A DNA stretch of 64,000 nucleotides, from positions 122,730 through 186,729 of the forward strand of contig CAXBMO010000012.1 in NCBI GenBank assembly GCA_963977015.1. The letters are read 5' to 3'. Below the pieces are notes generated by a model. It made no database searches. It was given only the letters and a program-made list of their open reading frames with translations, and was not told the DNA's origin. Below are positions 49,383 through 59,563 of the stretch, piece after piece. The first letter of the stretch is position 1; each line of letters opens with the position of its first letter. A program made the translations under genes and the position numbers. The stretch comes from an uncultured bacterium (GTDB lineage Bacteria > Verrucomicrobiota > Verrucomicrobiia > Verrucomicrobiales > DEV007).

Positions 49383-51599
49383 GTGGAAGAGGATTCTTCA
49401 TTTGAGGCTCGAATTCTGGAGCTGCTCCAGGCGCCGAAAGCCCAGCCCATGACCAAGTCGGAACTGGCGCGTGCGCTGGAAGTTCCGCCCAAGGAACGTT
49501 CCGAACTGCGGGAGGCGGTCAAGGCGCTGGAGTCGAGCGGCAAGATCGAGAAGCTGAAGAAGGCGCGCTACAGCCTGCCGGTGGAGCGGGAGTCCAAACA
49601 CAAGACGATCGTCGGAATCATTCGCTTTACCACGCCTGACAAAGGCAGAACCGCGTTCATCGAGTTGGATGACGCGGCGCGACACCAGGTCGGGGAAACG
49701 GATCGCGATCGAATCTTTGTTCCAGCCAAGTTTTCCGGGACCGCGTTGCCCGGCGATCGGGTCAGGGCGACGTTGCATCGGTCGGTTCCGCCCAAGAATC
49801 AGAAGGGTGGCCGGAAAGTGAGCCGCCCGGGGGAGCCGCGTTGGGAGGCCAGGGTCTGCGAGATTGAATCGCGCAAGCGTTCCTCGTTTGTCGGCACGCT
49901 TTCGCTGCATCGCGGATTTGCCCATGTCGTTCCGGACGATCCTGCGTTTGGGCGGAACGTGGATGTGGATGCGGTTCATCTGCCCGATGGCGCGAAGGAT
50001 GATCACAAGGTTCTCTTTCGAGTGGATGAGTGGGAATCGCAGTTTCGCAATCCGCGAGGAACCGTCTACAAAATCCTGGGATGGGCCGACGATGCCGGGG
50101 TCGACATTCTCAGCATCATCCACGCCTTTGATTTGCCGCTGGAATTTCCCAGTGCCGTGGAGCGGGAGGCGAGTTCGGTGCCGGATCACCTTGAAGAGGC
50201 TGAAATCGAGGGGCGCGAAGATTGGCGGGATCGCGAGGTCTACACGATCGATCCGTTTGATGCGAGAGACTTTGATGATGCCATTTGCGTGACGCCGCTC
50301 GAGGATGGTTGGGAGTTGGCCGTCTTTATCGCCGATGTCGCGCATTACGTTCGGCCGGGATCCGAGCTGGACAAGGAGGCGGAACGCCGGGGCAACAGCG
50401 TTTATCTCGTGGATCGGGTCATTCCGATGCTGCCGGAGGCACTGAGCAACGGGATCTGCAGCTTGAACCCGGACGTTGATCGATTGACGCACGCCGTGAT
50501 CATGGAGTTCGACGAGCGGGGGAAACGACGCAACGTGCGCTTTGCCAAGACCGTGATCTGCAGCAGACGGCGTTTTTCCTATGAGGAAGCCTTTGCCTTG
50601 CTGGAGTCCGGGAACAACGCGGCGAACGACGCGTGGACCCAGCGCTTGCAACAAGCCTGGGATCTGGCGAGCAAGCTACGGACGCTTCGCATGCATCACG
50701 GGTCGCTCGATCTGGATTTTCCCGAGGTAAAGGTGATTCTCGACGAGCGTGGCAAGCCAACCGAGCTGCGGATTGTGAAATACGACATTTCTCACCAGTT
50801 GATTGAGGAGTTCATGCTCGCGGCGAATGAAGCGGTGGCGGAATTCATCAAGCATCAACGGGGTGGGGGAATCTACCGCGTGCATGAGGATCCGGATTTG
50901 AACAAGCTCTTTGAGTTTCGGGAACTTGCCCGCGCCTATGGTCACAACGTGGGCGACTTGAGCCAGCGTGGCGAAATCCAGAAACTGCTGGCGTCGGTTC
51001 GCGGAAAGCCGGAGGAACATCCCTTGAAACTCGGGTTGTTGAAAAGCCTGAAACGCGCCGCCTACAGCGAGATGCCGTTGGGTCACTACGGGCTGGCGAA
51101 AGTCAACTACACCCATTTCACGAGCCCGATTCGGCGTTATGCCGATTTGGTCGTCCATCGCGTGCTCGAAAAGCTGGAGACCCGGAAGGATGACTCACCG
51201 CGCCTGCCCCGAAAAACGGAGCTGGCCGAGATTGCGGAGCATTTGAGCGTGACCGAGCGCACCGCTGGCGATGCCGAGAACGAGTCCAAATTGCTCAAGC
51301 AGTTCGAGTATTTTCTGAACATCGCCCGCGGCAAAGAGCGCGTGATTTTTGATGCGGTGATTACCGAGGTGCTGCCACGGGGAATCTTTATCGAGCTGAC
51401 CGACTACTTTCTCCGGGGAATGATCCGGCGTGACGATCTGCCGTTGCGGGATTATTACCTCGTTCCTCAATCCCAGCGGATTGTCGACGATACCGGCCAG
51501 ACGCTGGCTCATTCCGGGAGCCGGGTGCGGGTTGAGGTCCGGCGGGTGAATCTCGCGCGGAAACACCTGGACTTCGTTTTTGCCGAATATCCGCGCTAA
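49383..51599 (+). CDS. rnr: Ribonuclease R
   Basis: N-terminal HTH, TIDPFDARDFDDA, IADVAHYV, LIEEFMLAAN, HFTSPIRRYADL, C-terminal S1 domain. Confidence 0.95.
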   Translation: MEEDSSFEARILELLQAPKAQPMTKSELARALEVPPKERSELREAVKALESSGKIEKLKKARYSLPVERESKHKTIVGIIRFTTPDKGRTAFIELDDAARHQVGETDRDRIFVPAKFSGTALPGDRVRATLHRSVPPKNQKGGRKVSRPGEPRWEARVCEIESRKRSSFVGTLSLHRGFAHVVPDDPAFGRNVDVDAVHLPDGAKDDHKVLFRVDEWESQFRNPRGTVYKILGWADDAGVDILSIIHAFDLPLEFPSAVEREASSVPDHLEEAEIEGREDWRDREVYTIDPFDARDFDDAICVTPLEDGWELAVFIADVAHYVRPGSELDKEAERRGNSVYLVDRVIPMLPEALSNGICSLNPDVDRLTHAVIMEFDERGKRRNVRFAKTVICSRRRFSYEEAFALLESGNNAANDAWTQRLQQAWDLASKLRTLRMHHGSLDLDFPEVKVILDERGKPTELRIVKYDISHQLIEEFMLAANEAVAEFIKHQRGGGIYRVHEDPDLNKLFEFRELARAYGHNVGDLSQRGEIQKLLASVRGKPEEHPLKLGLLKSLKRAAYSEMPLGHYGLAKVNYTHFTSPIRRYADLVVHRVLEKLETRKDDSPRLPRKTELAEIAEHLSVTERTAGDAENESKLLKQFEYFLNIARGKERVIFDAVITEVLPRGIFIELTDYFLRGMIRRDDLPLRDYYLVPQSQRIVDDTGQTLAHSGSRVRVEVRRVNLARKHLDFVFAEYPR

Positions 51600-52169
51600 T
51601 CAGCGGCGGTAGACGGTCGCGGCAAGCTTCAAGACCCCTGAATCCATCTGCACGTTTCGCTTCCGCAAGAGGGCGAGGTAGACGTCGAATTGCATGCGAT
51701 TGCTCGCCTCAAACAGCGAAACGCAGGCATTTGCGCCCGCGTCGCGATCCATTCCGAGATGGACCAGCATGACCGGTGAGCCGGTGGTCGCCTTCGTCAC
51801 TCTTTTCAAATCGGCGGTTTCAGTCGTGAAGACAATCGCGCATTTCCGAATCTCACCAGCTGGCGAGGACGAATCCAGATTCACCACCCGGATCTGGCCG
51901 GTCTTCAATTTGCCACCATCAACAGCCGAGAACGCCCGGGCGCTATTTCCACCGAAAACGCCAACGAGAAAGGCTCCATCCTGTTCCACGCCCTCGGGCC
52001 AGGTGGAAAATTTGGCGATGGAGTAGGTGATCCGCGCGGCAAGATCATAGCGGTCGGCAGCGTAGGCCGCGTTTCCGATTCCGCTGACCAATCCCAGCAC
52101 CAACGCAATGCGCATCCCAATAACTGGGAGGCTCTGAAACTGGTTTTGGAATCGCTGGCGGATGACCAT
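51600..52169 (-). CDS. YfiR-family (DUF4154) periplasmic protein
   Basis: LAARITYSIAKFSTWP, C.IVF, RMQFDV...L....V.MDS.VLKLA match the YfiR/HmsC pattern. Confidence 0.75.
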   Translation of the reverse strand: MVIRQRFQNQFQSLPVIGMRIALVLGLVSGIGNAAYAADRYDLAARITYSIAKFSTWPEGVEQDGAFLVGVFGGNSARAFSAVDGGKLKTGQIRVVNLDSSSPAGEIRKCAIVFTTETADLKRVTKATTGSPVMLVHLGMDRDAGANACVSLFEASNRMQFDVYLALLRKRNVQMDSGVLKLAATVYRR

Positions 52170-52472
52170 TCTAAATTCTTCCCGGAGGTAAGGTATCGAT
52201 CAGTAAAGTGTTCAACTTAACATAGTGAGACGGTTCTGTCCCTGTAAAGTCAATACGATTGAGACGTGGATTGATGACAATTCGTTTCCCCAAATGGAGA
52301 TTTTTGCAGGGATTTCCGGTTTTGGTTTTCTAAAAAAAGTAGCCCGTAAACTCTGTCAGGCAGGTTATAAACAAAAATTTTAATAACATATTCATTGCTT
52401 TTTCACAGCGTTTCTTCTCAAATTCGGATTGCTGTCATTGGGTGATGGCGAAACAATTCAACCTGCGAAACA

Positions 52473-53546
52473 TTGAAACTTACAATCTCTAATTCTGTCA
52501 GGAGGGTTTGGGCCTCCTCCTTTCTCGCCGCATGTGGCATGGTGCAATTGGCTCATGCAGAGCCTCCAACGGCTGACCTTGCCAGTATGGACCTCAGTCA
52601 GCTGCTTCAAGTCACCGTGACTGAGTCCGGTGAACTGACCATGGATGACATGGGCAAGCCGAGCCAATTCTTGTCCTTTAACTCAGGTGGAAAATTCACC
52701 TTTGGTTATCAATATCGCCACGTTTTGTCCGAAGGTTATTACCAGGGATCGAACGAGATTTCCGACTTGGAGACGTTGGCTCTGTTCCCCGTCGTTCCCA
52801 CCGAGATTACGCAGCAGGCGCACCTGTTCTCGATCGGTTACATCGCCAACCCCAAGTGGGCCTTTCAGGTGACGATTCCACGCCTTTACCAGTCGACCTT
52901 CCACATTCGTCGGGGAGGTGAGCCCTTTACCCTCGAGTCCAAGGGAATTGGTGACATTACCACGCAGATTCTGCGCAGCTTCCACCTCGAAAGCGGAGTC
53001 TACGTTTACGCCGGACTCGGAATCGGGCTTCCTTCCGGAACGATCACCGCAACAGGGGACACGCCTCGTGGTCCCGATAGCCAACTGCCCTACGCCATGC
53101 AACTGGGTTCCGGGACCGTTGACCTCAAGCCAACCGTCGGAATGTCCACGGACCTGGGCAGCCGGGCCGATGCCGGAGCCGACATCCACGGGGTGATTCG
53201 CCTCGGGGAAAACGATCGCGAATACACCTTGGGCAATCTGCTCGAGCTTGATGCCTGGTATTCCTACGATCTCACTACTTGGTTGAGACTCCGGCCTGAA
53301 CTTGGCTTCCGCGTCTGGGGCGATATCGATGGAATGGATCCCGAAGTGGCGCTGGGAATTGCGCCGGTGGCCGAGCCCGACAACTACGGTGGAACCCGCC
53401 TCGACGCCTCTCTTGCCGCCCAGATTCTCCTCACGGATCAGCGCTTTGTTGAGATTGCTGCGAAAACGCCACTTGCTCAAGACCTCAACGGAACCCAGAT
53501 CGGCAACGATTGGATCTATTCCGTTGGCTTGAAGTGGGCTTTCTAA
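52473..53546 (+). CDS. Outer-membrane beta-barrel (MetA-pathway/phenol-degradation transporter-like)
   Basis: Signal peptide; GIGDI...GIGLPSG...LPYAMQLGSGTVD; C-terminal GLKWAF (terminal Phe). Confidence 0.7.
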   Translation: MKLTISNSVRRVWASSFLAACGMVQLAHAEPPTADLASMDLSQLLQVTVTESGELTMDDMGKPSQFLSFNSGGKFTFGYQYRHVLSEGYYQGSNEISDLETLALFPVVPTEITQQAHLFSIGYIANPKWAFQVTIPRLYQSTFHIRRGGEPFTLESKGIGDITTQILRSFHLESGVYVYAGLGIGLPSGTITATGDTPRGPDSQLPYAMQLGSGTVDLKPTVGMSTDLGSRADAGADIHGVIRLGENDREYTLGNLLELDAWYSYDLTTWLRLRPELGFRVWGDIDGMDPEVALGIAPVAEPDNYGGTRLDASLAAQILLTDQRFVEIAAKTPLAQDLNGTQIGNDWIYSVGLKWAF

Positions 53547-53666
53547 AACACGGATTGCTCTAAAAACTTTCAAGACAGCATCGGCGGATTTGTTCGCGCC
53601 GGTGCTGTCTTTGTTTTAGAGAACAAGCCAACCGTGTTGAAGTCTGCACGTAACCCCCCTCTTTTC

Positions 53667-55193
53667 ATGCGTTTCTCCCTTTCTCTCGTTCTCTTCCTTG
53701 CTGGAATGCCTGGCCTTTTCGCCGAGGCGCCCCGTCCCAACATCATCTTGATGATGGCCGATGACATGGGCTGGTCGGACATTGGCTGCTACGGTGCTGT
53801 CCACATCCAGACACCCAATATCGACCGCATCGCCGCCGAAGGCATGTTGTTCACGCAGTTCTACAACAATGCCAAATGCACCACGACGCGGGCCAGCCTG
53901 CTCACCGGTCTCTATCCTCGAAATGGCGGGAGAGGTTCGGAACTGATCTCGAACGAAATGATCACGCTGGGGGAAGGGATGCGCCTGGCCGGGTATGCCA
54001 CGGGAATGAGCGGGAAGTGGCACAATGGAAGCAGCGCTCCGCATCGTCCGTTCGAGCGCGGATTCGACGAGGCCTACGGACTCTGGGATGGTTGCTGCAA
54101 CTTCTTTGATCCCTCGAAACCAGATCCCAAGTTCAAGGGTGGGCGAACCCGGAAGTTCGGTCACAACCTCGACTACATCACGGAGTTTCCCGACGATTTC
54201 TTCACGACCGACGCGTTCACGGACCACGCCATCGCGACGATTCGCGCGCAGGTGGCGTCCGGGAAACCCTTCCTGCACTATCTTCCCTACACCGCGCCGC
54301 ATTACCCGATTCACGCCAAGCCGGAGGACATTGCCAAATACAAGGGCAAGTTCTCGGCCGGATGGGACGCATTGCGCAAAGCGCGCCGAGAGCGCCAGAT
54401 CGAGATGGGGTTGATCGATCCCGAAATTTGGCCCGAAGCCGAACCTGAGCCGAAGGCCACCACCTGGGAAGAGGCGAAATCGATCGGCGAAGAGTGGCAG
54501 AATCTCCGCATGGAGGCCTACGCCGCCATGGTCGACAACATGGATCAGAACATCGGGCGGGTGCTCGATCTGCTTGACGAATTAGAGATTGCGGACAACA
54601 CGCTCATCCTGTTTTTGAGCGACAACGGCGCGTGCGCGGAAACTCCCGGGGGCAATGATCCGGAGCAGGTCCCGGGTCCCGGGGAGTTCTATTCGCACGT
54701 CGGGCCGGGTTGGGCCTCCGCTCAAAATACACCGCTCCGTCGCTACAAGGCCCACTGCCATGAAGGTGGTGTCGCGACTCCGTTGGTGATTCGTTGGCCC
54801 GCAGCCATCGCGCCGGGAACCAAAACCGACGCGGTCGGTCACATCATCGATTTTCTGCCGACGTTCCTCGAGCTCGGCGGTGCGGAATATCCGTCCGAGC
54901 ACCGGGGAACGCCCCTCATCCCGGTGGAGGGCCGTTCCTTGCTCCCGGTTTTGGAAGGCCGCCCCGAAGAGCGGATCGCTCATGAGAAACTCTTCTGGAA
55001 TTGGTCCAAAACCAGGGCCATGCGTCAGGGCGATTGGAAGCTCGTCGGCGAAAGAGATCGCTGGAGTCTCTATGACCTCAGCCGCGACCGGACCGAAACC
55101 CGGGATCTGTCCGCCAAACACCCGGAACGTCTCGACGCGATGATCCGCGATTGGGAAGCATGGGCGAAGTTGACCGGCGTGGCCCGGAAATAG
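53667..55193 (+). CDS. Arylsulfatase
   Basis: RPNIILMMADDMGWSD, CTTTRASLLTG, GKWH, APHYP, SDNGA, HEGGVATP. Confidence 0.92.
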   Translation: MRFSLSLVLFLAGMPGLFAEAPRPNIILMMADDMGWSDIGCYGAVHIQTPNIDRIAAEGMLFTQFYNNAKCTTTRASLLTGLYPRNGGRGSELISNEMITLGEGMRLAGYATGMSGKWHNGSSAPHRPFERGFDEAYGLWDGCCNFFDPSKPDPKFKGGRTRKFGHNLDYITEFPDDFFTTDAFTDHAIATIRAQVASGKPFLHYLPYTAPHYPIHAKPEDIAKYKGKFSAGWDALRKARRERQIEMGLIDPEIWPEAEPEPKATTWEEAKSIGEEWQNLRMEAYAAMVDNMDQNIGRVLDLLDELEIADNTLILFLSDNGACAETPGGNDPEQVPGPGEFYSHVGPGWASAQNTPLRRYKAHCHEGGVATPLVIRWPAAIAPGTKTDAVGHIIDFLPTFLELGGAEYPSEHRGTPLIPVEGRSLLPVLEGRPEERIAHEKLFWNWSKTRAMRQGDWKLVGERDRWSLYDLSRDRTETRDLSAKHPERLDAMIRDWEAWAKLTGVARK

Positions 55194-55205
55194 ACTCGCC
55201 AATCG

Positions 55206-56441
55206 TTACACCGCTTCGACCTGCTCTTTGCTGATTCCGCGGAGTTCGAACACTTTCATGATCGTATCCTCGATCAGATTGTTCGGGCAGGAAGCGCCGG
55301 CGGTGATGCCGACCACGACTTCCTTCTCCTGGTCGAGAATGTTCGGGGACGACGTTTGCTCGGTCTTGGAGTCGAGATCGTAGTGCAGAATCTCGGTGAG
55401 CGAACGGAAACATTCGGAATTCCGGATGAAGAACGAGGGAACGTGCTGACCGCCGATTTTCACCAACTGACTCGTGTTCGAGCTGTTGTAGCCGCCGACC
55501 ACCAGCAGCATGTCCATGCGGTCCTTCAGCATGTCGTGCAACGCATCCTGACGCTCCTGCGTCGCGCCGCAAATCGTATCAAAGTTTTGAAAGTTCGTCT
55601 CCTCGTTGTGGTCGCGATCAAGGATGGCCTGACGCAGGCGCCGTTGCATCTCCTCCGTCTCGCTCTTCAGCATCGTCGTCTGGTTCGCCACCCCAATCTG
55701 AGTCAGATGCAAATCCGGATCGAAGCCCTCGCTGTAGGCGTCCTTGAACTTCTTCAGGAACTCCTCGCGATCACCACCCTCGCGAATGTAGTCGCACACG
55801 TAATCGGTTTCCTCCAGATTCAGCACCACCAGGTAGTGGCCTTTCCCGTCCTTGCCCATGGCGCGCGACGCCGTCGCCTTCGTTTCCTCGTGATACGCCT
55901 TGCCGTGAATGATCGATGTCGCCTCATCCTTGGCGTACTTGCCGACCCGCTTCCAAACGCTCATCACATCGCCACATGTCGTGTCGATCGTCTGCACTCC
56001 GCGATCCGCCAGCTTGTTCATTGTCTCCACCGTCGTCCCGAACGCGGGCACAATCACCACATCCTCCGGTCCCAGGTCCTCGATGTCCTTGTCCCGATCC
56101 GGACCAACGACATTCTTTATTCCCATTTCGACAAGCTGCCGATTCACCTCCGGGTTGTGGATGATCTCGCCAATCAAATAGATGTCCTTGTCCTCAAACA
56201 CCTTGCGCGCCGCATAGGCCAAATCAATCGCCCGCTCCACCCCGTAACAGAAGCCGAACTCCTTCGCCAAAACCACCGTCGTCTTCCCAATCGTCAAATG
56301 TCCACCCCGGGCGCGAACCTTCTCCACCGTCATGCTGCGGTAGTGGACTTCCACCTCCGCCTGGACCCGTTCCATCACCTCGGGGCGACGAACGTTGACT
56401 CGCTTGGGCTTCTTCGCTTGGGATTGGGCGCTGGTAGACAT
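55206..56441 (-). CDS. ispH: 4-hydroxy-3-methylbut-2-enyl diphosphate reductase
   Basis: FGFCYGVERA, IIHNP, DTTC, HEET, NQTT, DTICGATQERQ, NSSNT, GITAGASCP. Confidence 0.97.
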   Translation of the reverse strand: MSTSAQSQAKKPKRVNVRRPEVMERVQAEVEVHYRSMTVEKVRARGGHLTIGKTTVVLAKEFGFCYGVERAIDLAYAARKVFEDKDIYLIGEIIHNPEVNRQLVEMGIKNVVGPDRDKDIEDLGPEDVVIVPAFGTTVETMNKLADRGVQTIDTTCGDVMSVWKRVGKYAKDEATSIIHGKAYHEETKATASRAMGKDGKGHYLVVLNLEETDYVCDYIREGGDREEFLKKFKDAYSEGFDPDLHLTQIGVANQTTMLKSETEEMQRRLRQAILDRDHNEETNFQNFDTICGATQERQDALHDMLKDRMDMLLVVGGYNSSNTSQLVKIGGQHVPSFFIRNSECFRSLTEILHYDLDSKTEQTSSPNILDQEKEVVVGITAGASCPNNLIEDTIMKVFELRGISKEQVEAV

Positions 56442-56449
56442 TTTCGCAG

Positions 56450-57127
56450 TTAGTAAACAGTCGGAGCCGGGCCCTCGGAGAAGAGGGGCCGCGGTGGTGA
56501 GGTGAAAACCTTGTCCGTAATCAGGAAACTTCCCGGCGGATCCGGATCCGCGTAATCGGAGGGACGAACCACGCCTTTTCCGATCGTCTGATCTTCGGGC
56601 TGGCGATCCGCAATGTAGACCGGCGTTCCCACCTTCGTCAGCTCAAACAACTTGGGCGCCACCGTCTTGTGCACCCGCAAACAACCGTGCGAGCGCGGCA
56701 CCGGCCAAACCCCTCCGCTATGAAATCCGTAACCCGGGTGAAACTCCACCCAATACGGCATTGGAAACCCCACATACCGCTGGCCACTCGGCAACTCACG
56801 GCTCGTTCCCGGCCGAATCACCGTATCACTCACATGAAAGCCGTACGTATAGCTGCGCTTCTTCTCGATCTTCTGGAACACCTTGAACGTGCCCTTCGGA
56901 GTTGGATTCTCCGGCGTTCCAATCGTCACCGGCGTCACCAGCAGCGCCTGGTTGCCTTCCATCACATACGCCATCATGTTCTCCAGGCTCACTTTGATCA
57001 CCACCTTGTTCAGGTCGGATGCCTGATACGCCGTGGAATCAAATTGACCAACGCTGGAGCAGCTCGACACGCCAATCGCGATCGTTGCCAACGCGGTTGC
57101 GGTCAGGATTTGAGAGAGGAATTTCAT
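56450..57127 (-). CDS. L,D-transpeptidase (YkuD family) lipoprotein
   Basis: Lipobox VSSC; PTPKG.F, MPYW, GFH.G...SHGCLR. Confidence 0.9.
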   Translation of the reverse strand: MKFLSQILTATALATIAIGVSSCSSVGQFDSTAYQASDLNKVVIKVSLENMMAYVMEGNQALLVTPVTIGTPENPTPKGTFKVFQKIEKKRSYTYGFHVSDTVIRPGTSRELPSGQRYVGFPMPYWVEFHPGYGFHSGGVWPVPRSHGCLRVHKTVAPKLFELTKVGTPVYIADRQPEDQTIGKGVVRPSDYADPDPPGSFLITDKVFTSPPRPLFSEGPAPTVY

Positions 57128-57213
57128 GGGGCGCTAGAATGCGTGATAGGGAGCCGGGTGTAAACCAGAATTCCCGATTGATTGTCGCGATCAACCGGCC
57201 ATTCCTTACCCCC

Positions 57214-58137
57214 ATGACTACGCGCAAAACCCTGCTTTCGACGCTTCTCCTCACCGTTTTCATCGCCACGGCAACCGCCAAAGACTACCACGTCTACTTC
57301 CTTGGCGGTCAGTCCAATATGGACGGCTATGGCTTCGTCAACGAGCTTCCCTCCGAATTCGCCAAACCCATGCCCCGCGTCCCCATCTTTCACGGAAACA
57401 TGGGGCTCGACGGCAAACCCGTCGACGGACGCGGAATCTGGAGCCCGCTCCAACCCGGTCACGGCCGCAACTTCAAATCCGACGGCAAAACCAACACCTA
57501 CTCGGATCGCTTTGGCGTTGAACTCAGCTTCGCCCGCCGCCTCCAGACCACCTACCAGCGCCAAAACATCGCCATCATCAAGTATTCGCGCGGCGGCACC
57601 TCCATCGACGCCGATTGCCCCTCCGCCGACCGTTTTGGCTGTTGGGAAGTCGTCTACGACCGGGGTGAAGGGGAGGGCAGGGGCATGAATCAGTTCGATC
57701 ACTTCCTCGCCACGCTCCAGAACGCCCGCAAAATCAAGGACATCGACGGGGATGGCGAGCCCGACCGCCTCATCCCCGCCGGCATCCTCTGGATGCAGGG
57801 TGAGAGCGACGCCACCGGCACCCTCCAGGTCGCCCAGGAATACGGCAAAAACCTCACCGAACTCATGACCGCCATTCGCGATGCCTTCGACGCTCCTGCC
57901 ATGCCCATCATCATCGGCCGCATCACCGATTGGGAAGTTTGGACCCACGGCGACGTTGTCAGGGCCCAGCAAGCCGCCTTCGCGGCCAAAGATCCCAATG
58001 CTGCGTTAGTCACCACCACGGATTCCTACGGAAATTCTGACAAATGGCACTACGACACGGCCGGTTATCTCGACCTCGGCGTCCAATTTGCCGACGCCAT
58101 CGTCCATTTGCGCCGAAAATCCTTGAACGACCAATAA
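57214..58137 (+). CDS. Sialate O-acetylesterase / CE6-like SGNH esterase
   Basis: GGQSNM, FGVELSFA, GGTS, WMQGESD, DKWH; signal peptide. Confidence 0.88.
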   Translation: MTTRKTLLSTLLLTVFIATATAKDYHVYFLGGQSNMDGYGFVNELPSEFAKPMPRVPIFHGNMGLDGKPVDGRGIWSPLQPGHGRNFKSDGKTNTYSDRFGVELSFARRLQTTYQRQNIAIIKYSRGGTSIDADCPSADRFGCWEVVYDRGEGEGRGMNQFDHFLATLQNARKIKDIDGDGEPDRLIPAGILWMQGESDATGTLQVAQEYGKNLTELMTAIRDAFDAPAMPIIIGRITDWEVWTHGDVVRAQQAAFAAKDPNAALVTTTDSYGNSDKWHYDTAGYLDLGVQFADAIVHLRRKSLNDQ

Positions 58138-58229
58138 ATCCGTAATTTTTTTTCGAGCCCCTCACCGCATTCTCAATGCGACATGCACAAAATTCCGGAA
58201 AACATCTTTTAAAAAGTGACCTTTTTGTT

Positions 58230-58257
58230 TTGACGAATAATTAGGCTGTGTTAACCT
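58230..58257 (+). promoter_or_regulatory. Sigma70-type promoter with extended -10
   Basis: TTGACG (58230-58235), 16-nt spacer ending TGT, TAACCT (58252-58257); AT-rich upstream tract. Confidence 0.55.
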
Positions 58258-58263
58258 AACACA

Positions 58264-58344
58264 TAGTTACAAATTGTAACTGTTGTTTGTGTTTCATGTT
58301 TCTAGGTTTCGCCGGGCCCGTTCACGCGGGCCCGGTTTTCTTTT
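58264..58344 (+). ncRNA. Candidate small regulatory RNA (~80 nt)
   Basis: Promoter, 5' hairpin AGTTACA-AAT-TGTAACT, U-rich unpaired region, strong intrinsic terminator; no plausible ORF. Confidence 0.5.
58311..58344 (+). terminator. Rho-independent terminator
   Basis: GCCGGGCCCGT-TCAC-GCGGGCCCGGT followed by TTTCTTTT. Confidence 0.75.
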
Positions 58345-58510
58345 GCCCGGGCATCGGCATTCACCACGGGGTTTCGGATCGCCCTCCACCGGCAGGCTCC
58401 AGCTCCCCTTCGCGCAACATCGTAATCGTAGCGTCGTGTCATGGCGCTAGCGGACCTGGCGCGATTTTCCACCTGCAAGTCGCCTCCGGCCAGGTAGTTT
58501 CTCCACTGCC

Positions 58511-59386
58511 ATGACCACACGTCTTCTCTTTGTTCTTTGGGTTTCCCTTCACTTCCTTGTCCCGACCCTGGCGAGTGCCCGGATATTTACCGACGATACG
58601 GGACGAACGGTCGAAGCTGACCTGGTGGGAGTGCAGGGCGACGACGTCGTCATCTCCAAAAACGGGAAGGCTGCGCGATGGCCGATCGCCAAGCTATCCA
58701 AGCCGGATCAAATCTACGTGAGCGCCTGGGCCAAAAACCCGCCCCAAACTCCGCGCCTGCGGGTCCGCCTCTTCGAGCGCGACGGCGTCGGCCCATCGGG
58801 AGTCTTTCAAGGAGAAACCGGCAAAGCCCCGGTCGGAATCCCGATTCTTCAACAAACGGAAGCCACCGCCAACTACAAGCACTACGAAGCGGACATCGCC
58901 AACGACAGCAACGTCGACGCCACTCAGGTCCTCGTCTCCTACATGCTCTTCATCGTCAATTTGCAAAACCAGGTCGTCGCCGAAACCGGCGCCCAATCTC
59001 TCAACCAAATTGCTGCGGGCACCCGCGAAACTGTCGCGACCGAAGGCATCACCTACCTGCGCACCAAAACCACCTCACTCACCCTTGGCACCAATCCGTT
59101 GGGCAACCTCAACCTCGGATCGGACACCTCCCGCAACAAGGAACGCTTCGGCGGCGCCTGGGTTCGCACCTACTCACCCAGCGGCGAACTCCTCGGCGAA
59201 GCCCGCAACCTCATCCCGGAAATCGAGCGCCTCAACCCGGCCTGGCAAGGCTCAACCGGCGAACGGGAATTCCCCCTCCTCGAAGCCCTGAACGCCTTCG
59301 AAAAGCTCCTCGAGAATCTTCCCGAACTACCGAAACCACCCGCCGGCCTTCCCAAACCTCCCAAGCCACCATTCGGCCCAAAGTAA
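58511..59386 (+). CDS. Secreted protein with an N-terminal SHD1-like domain and Pro-rich tail
   Basis: Signal peptide; RIFTDDTGRTVEADLV...PIAKLSKPDQIYV; C-terminal LPKPPAGLPKPPKPP. Confidence 0.72.
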   Translation: MTTRLLFVLWVSLHFLVPTLASARIFTDDTGRTVEADLVGVQGDDVVISKNGKAARWPIAKLSKPDQIYVSAWAKNPPQTPRLRVRLFERDGVGPSGVFQGETGKAPVGIPILQQTEATANYKHYEADIANDSNVDATQVLVSYMLFIVNLQNQVVAETGAQSLNQIAAGTRETVATEGITYLRTKTTSLTLGTNPLGNLNLGSDTSRNKERFGGAWVRTYSPSGELLGEARNLIPEIERLNPAWQGSTGEREFPLLEALNAFEKLLENLPELPKPPAGLPKPPKPPFGPK

Positions 59387-59563
59387 GCGCGGCAAATCTC
59401 ACGACCGAAGCCTCCCGCTCCAGCCAAATCAATCTGCGAAAATCTGCGCCATCTGCGGTTGATCCTTGGGAAACCAAAACAACTCCCCGGGACAGTCGTG
59501 CAGATGCTCGGCCAGCCCCGCAACTGGTAAAACTCGGCCCCAATGCTCTTAAGATCGCAAACG

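Noticed and set aside
52170-52472. AT-rich intergenic region as a c-di-GMP riboswitch
   Set aside because: No recognisable GEMM or c-di-GMP-II consensus; more simply a divergent promoter region.
58256-58297. 13-codon minus-strand ORF MKHKQQLQFVTMC
   Set aside because: No supporting promoter or RBS; the promoter and terminator orientation supports a plus-strand RNA instead.
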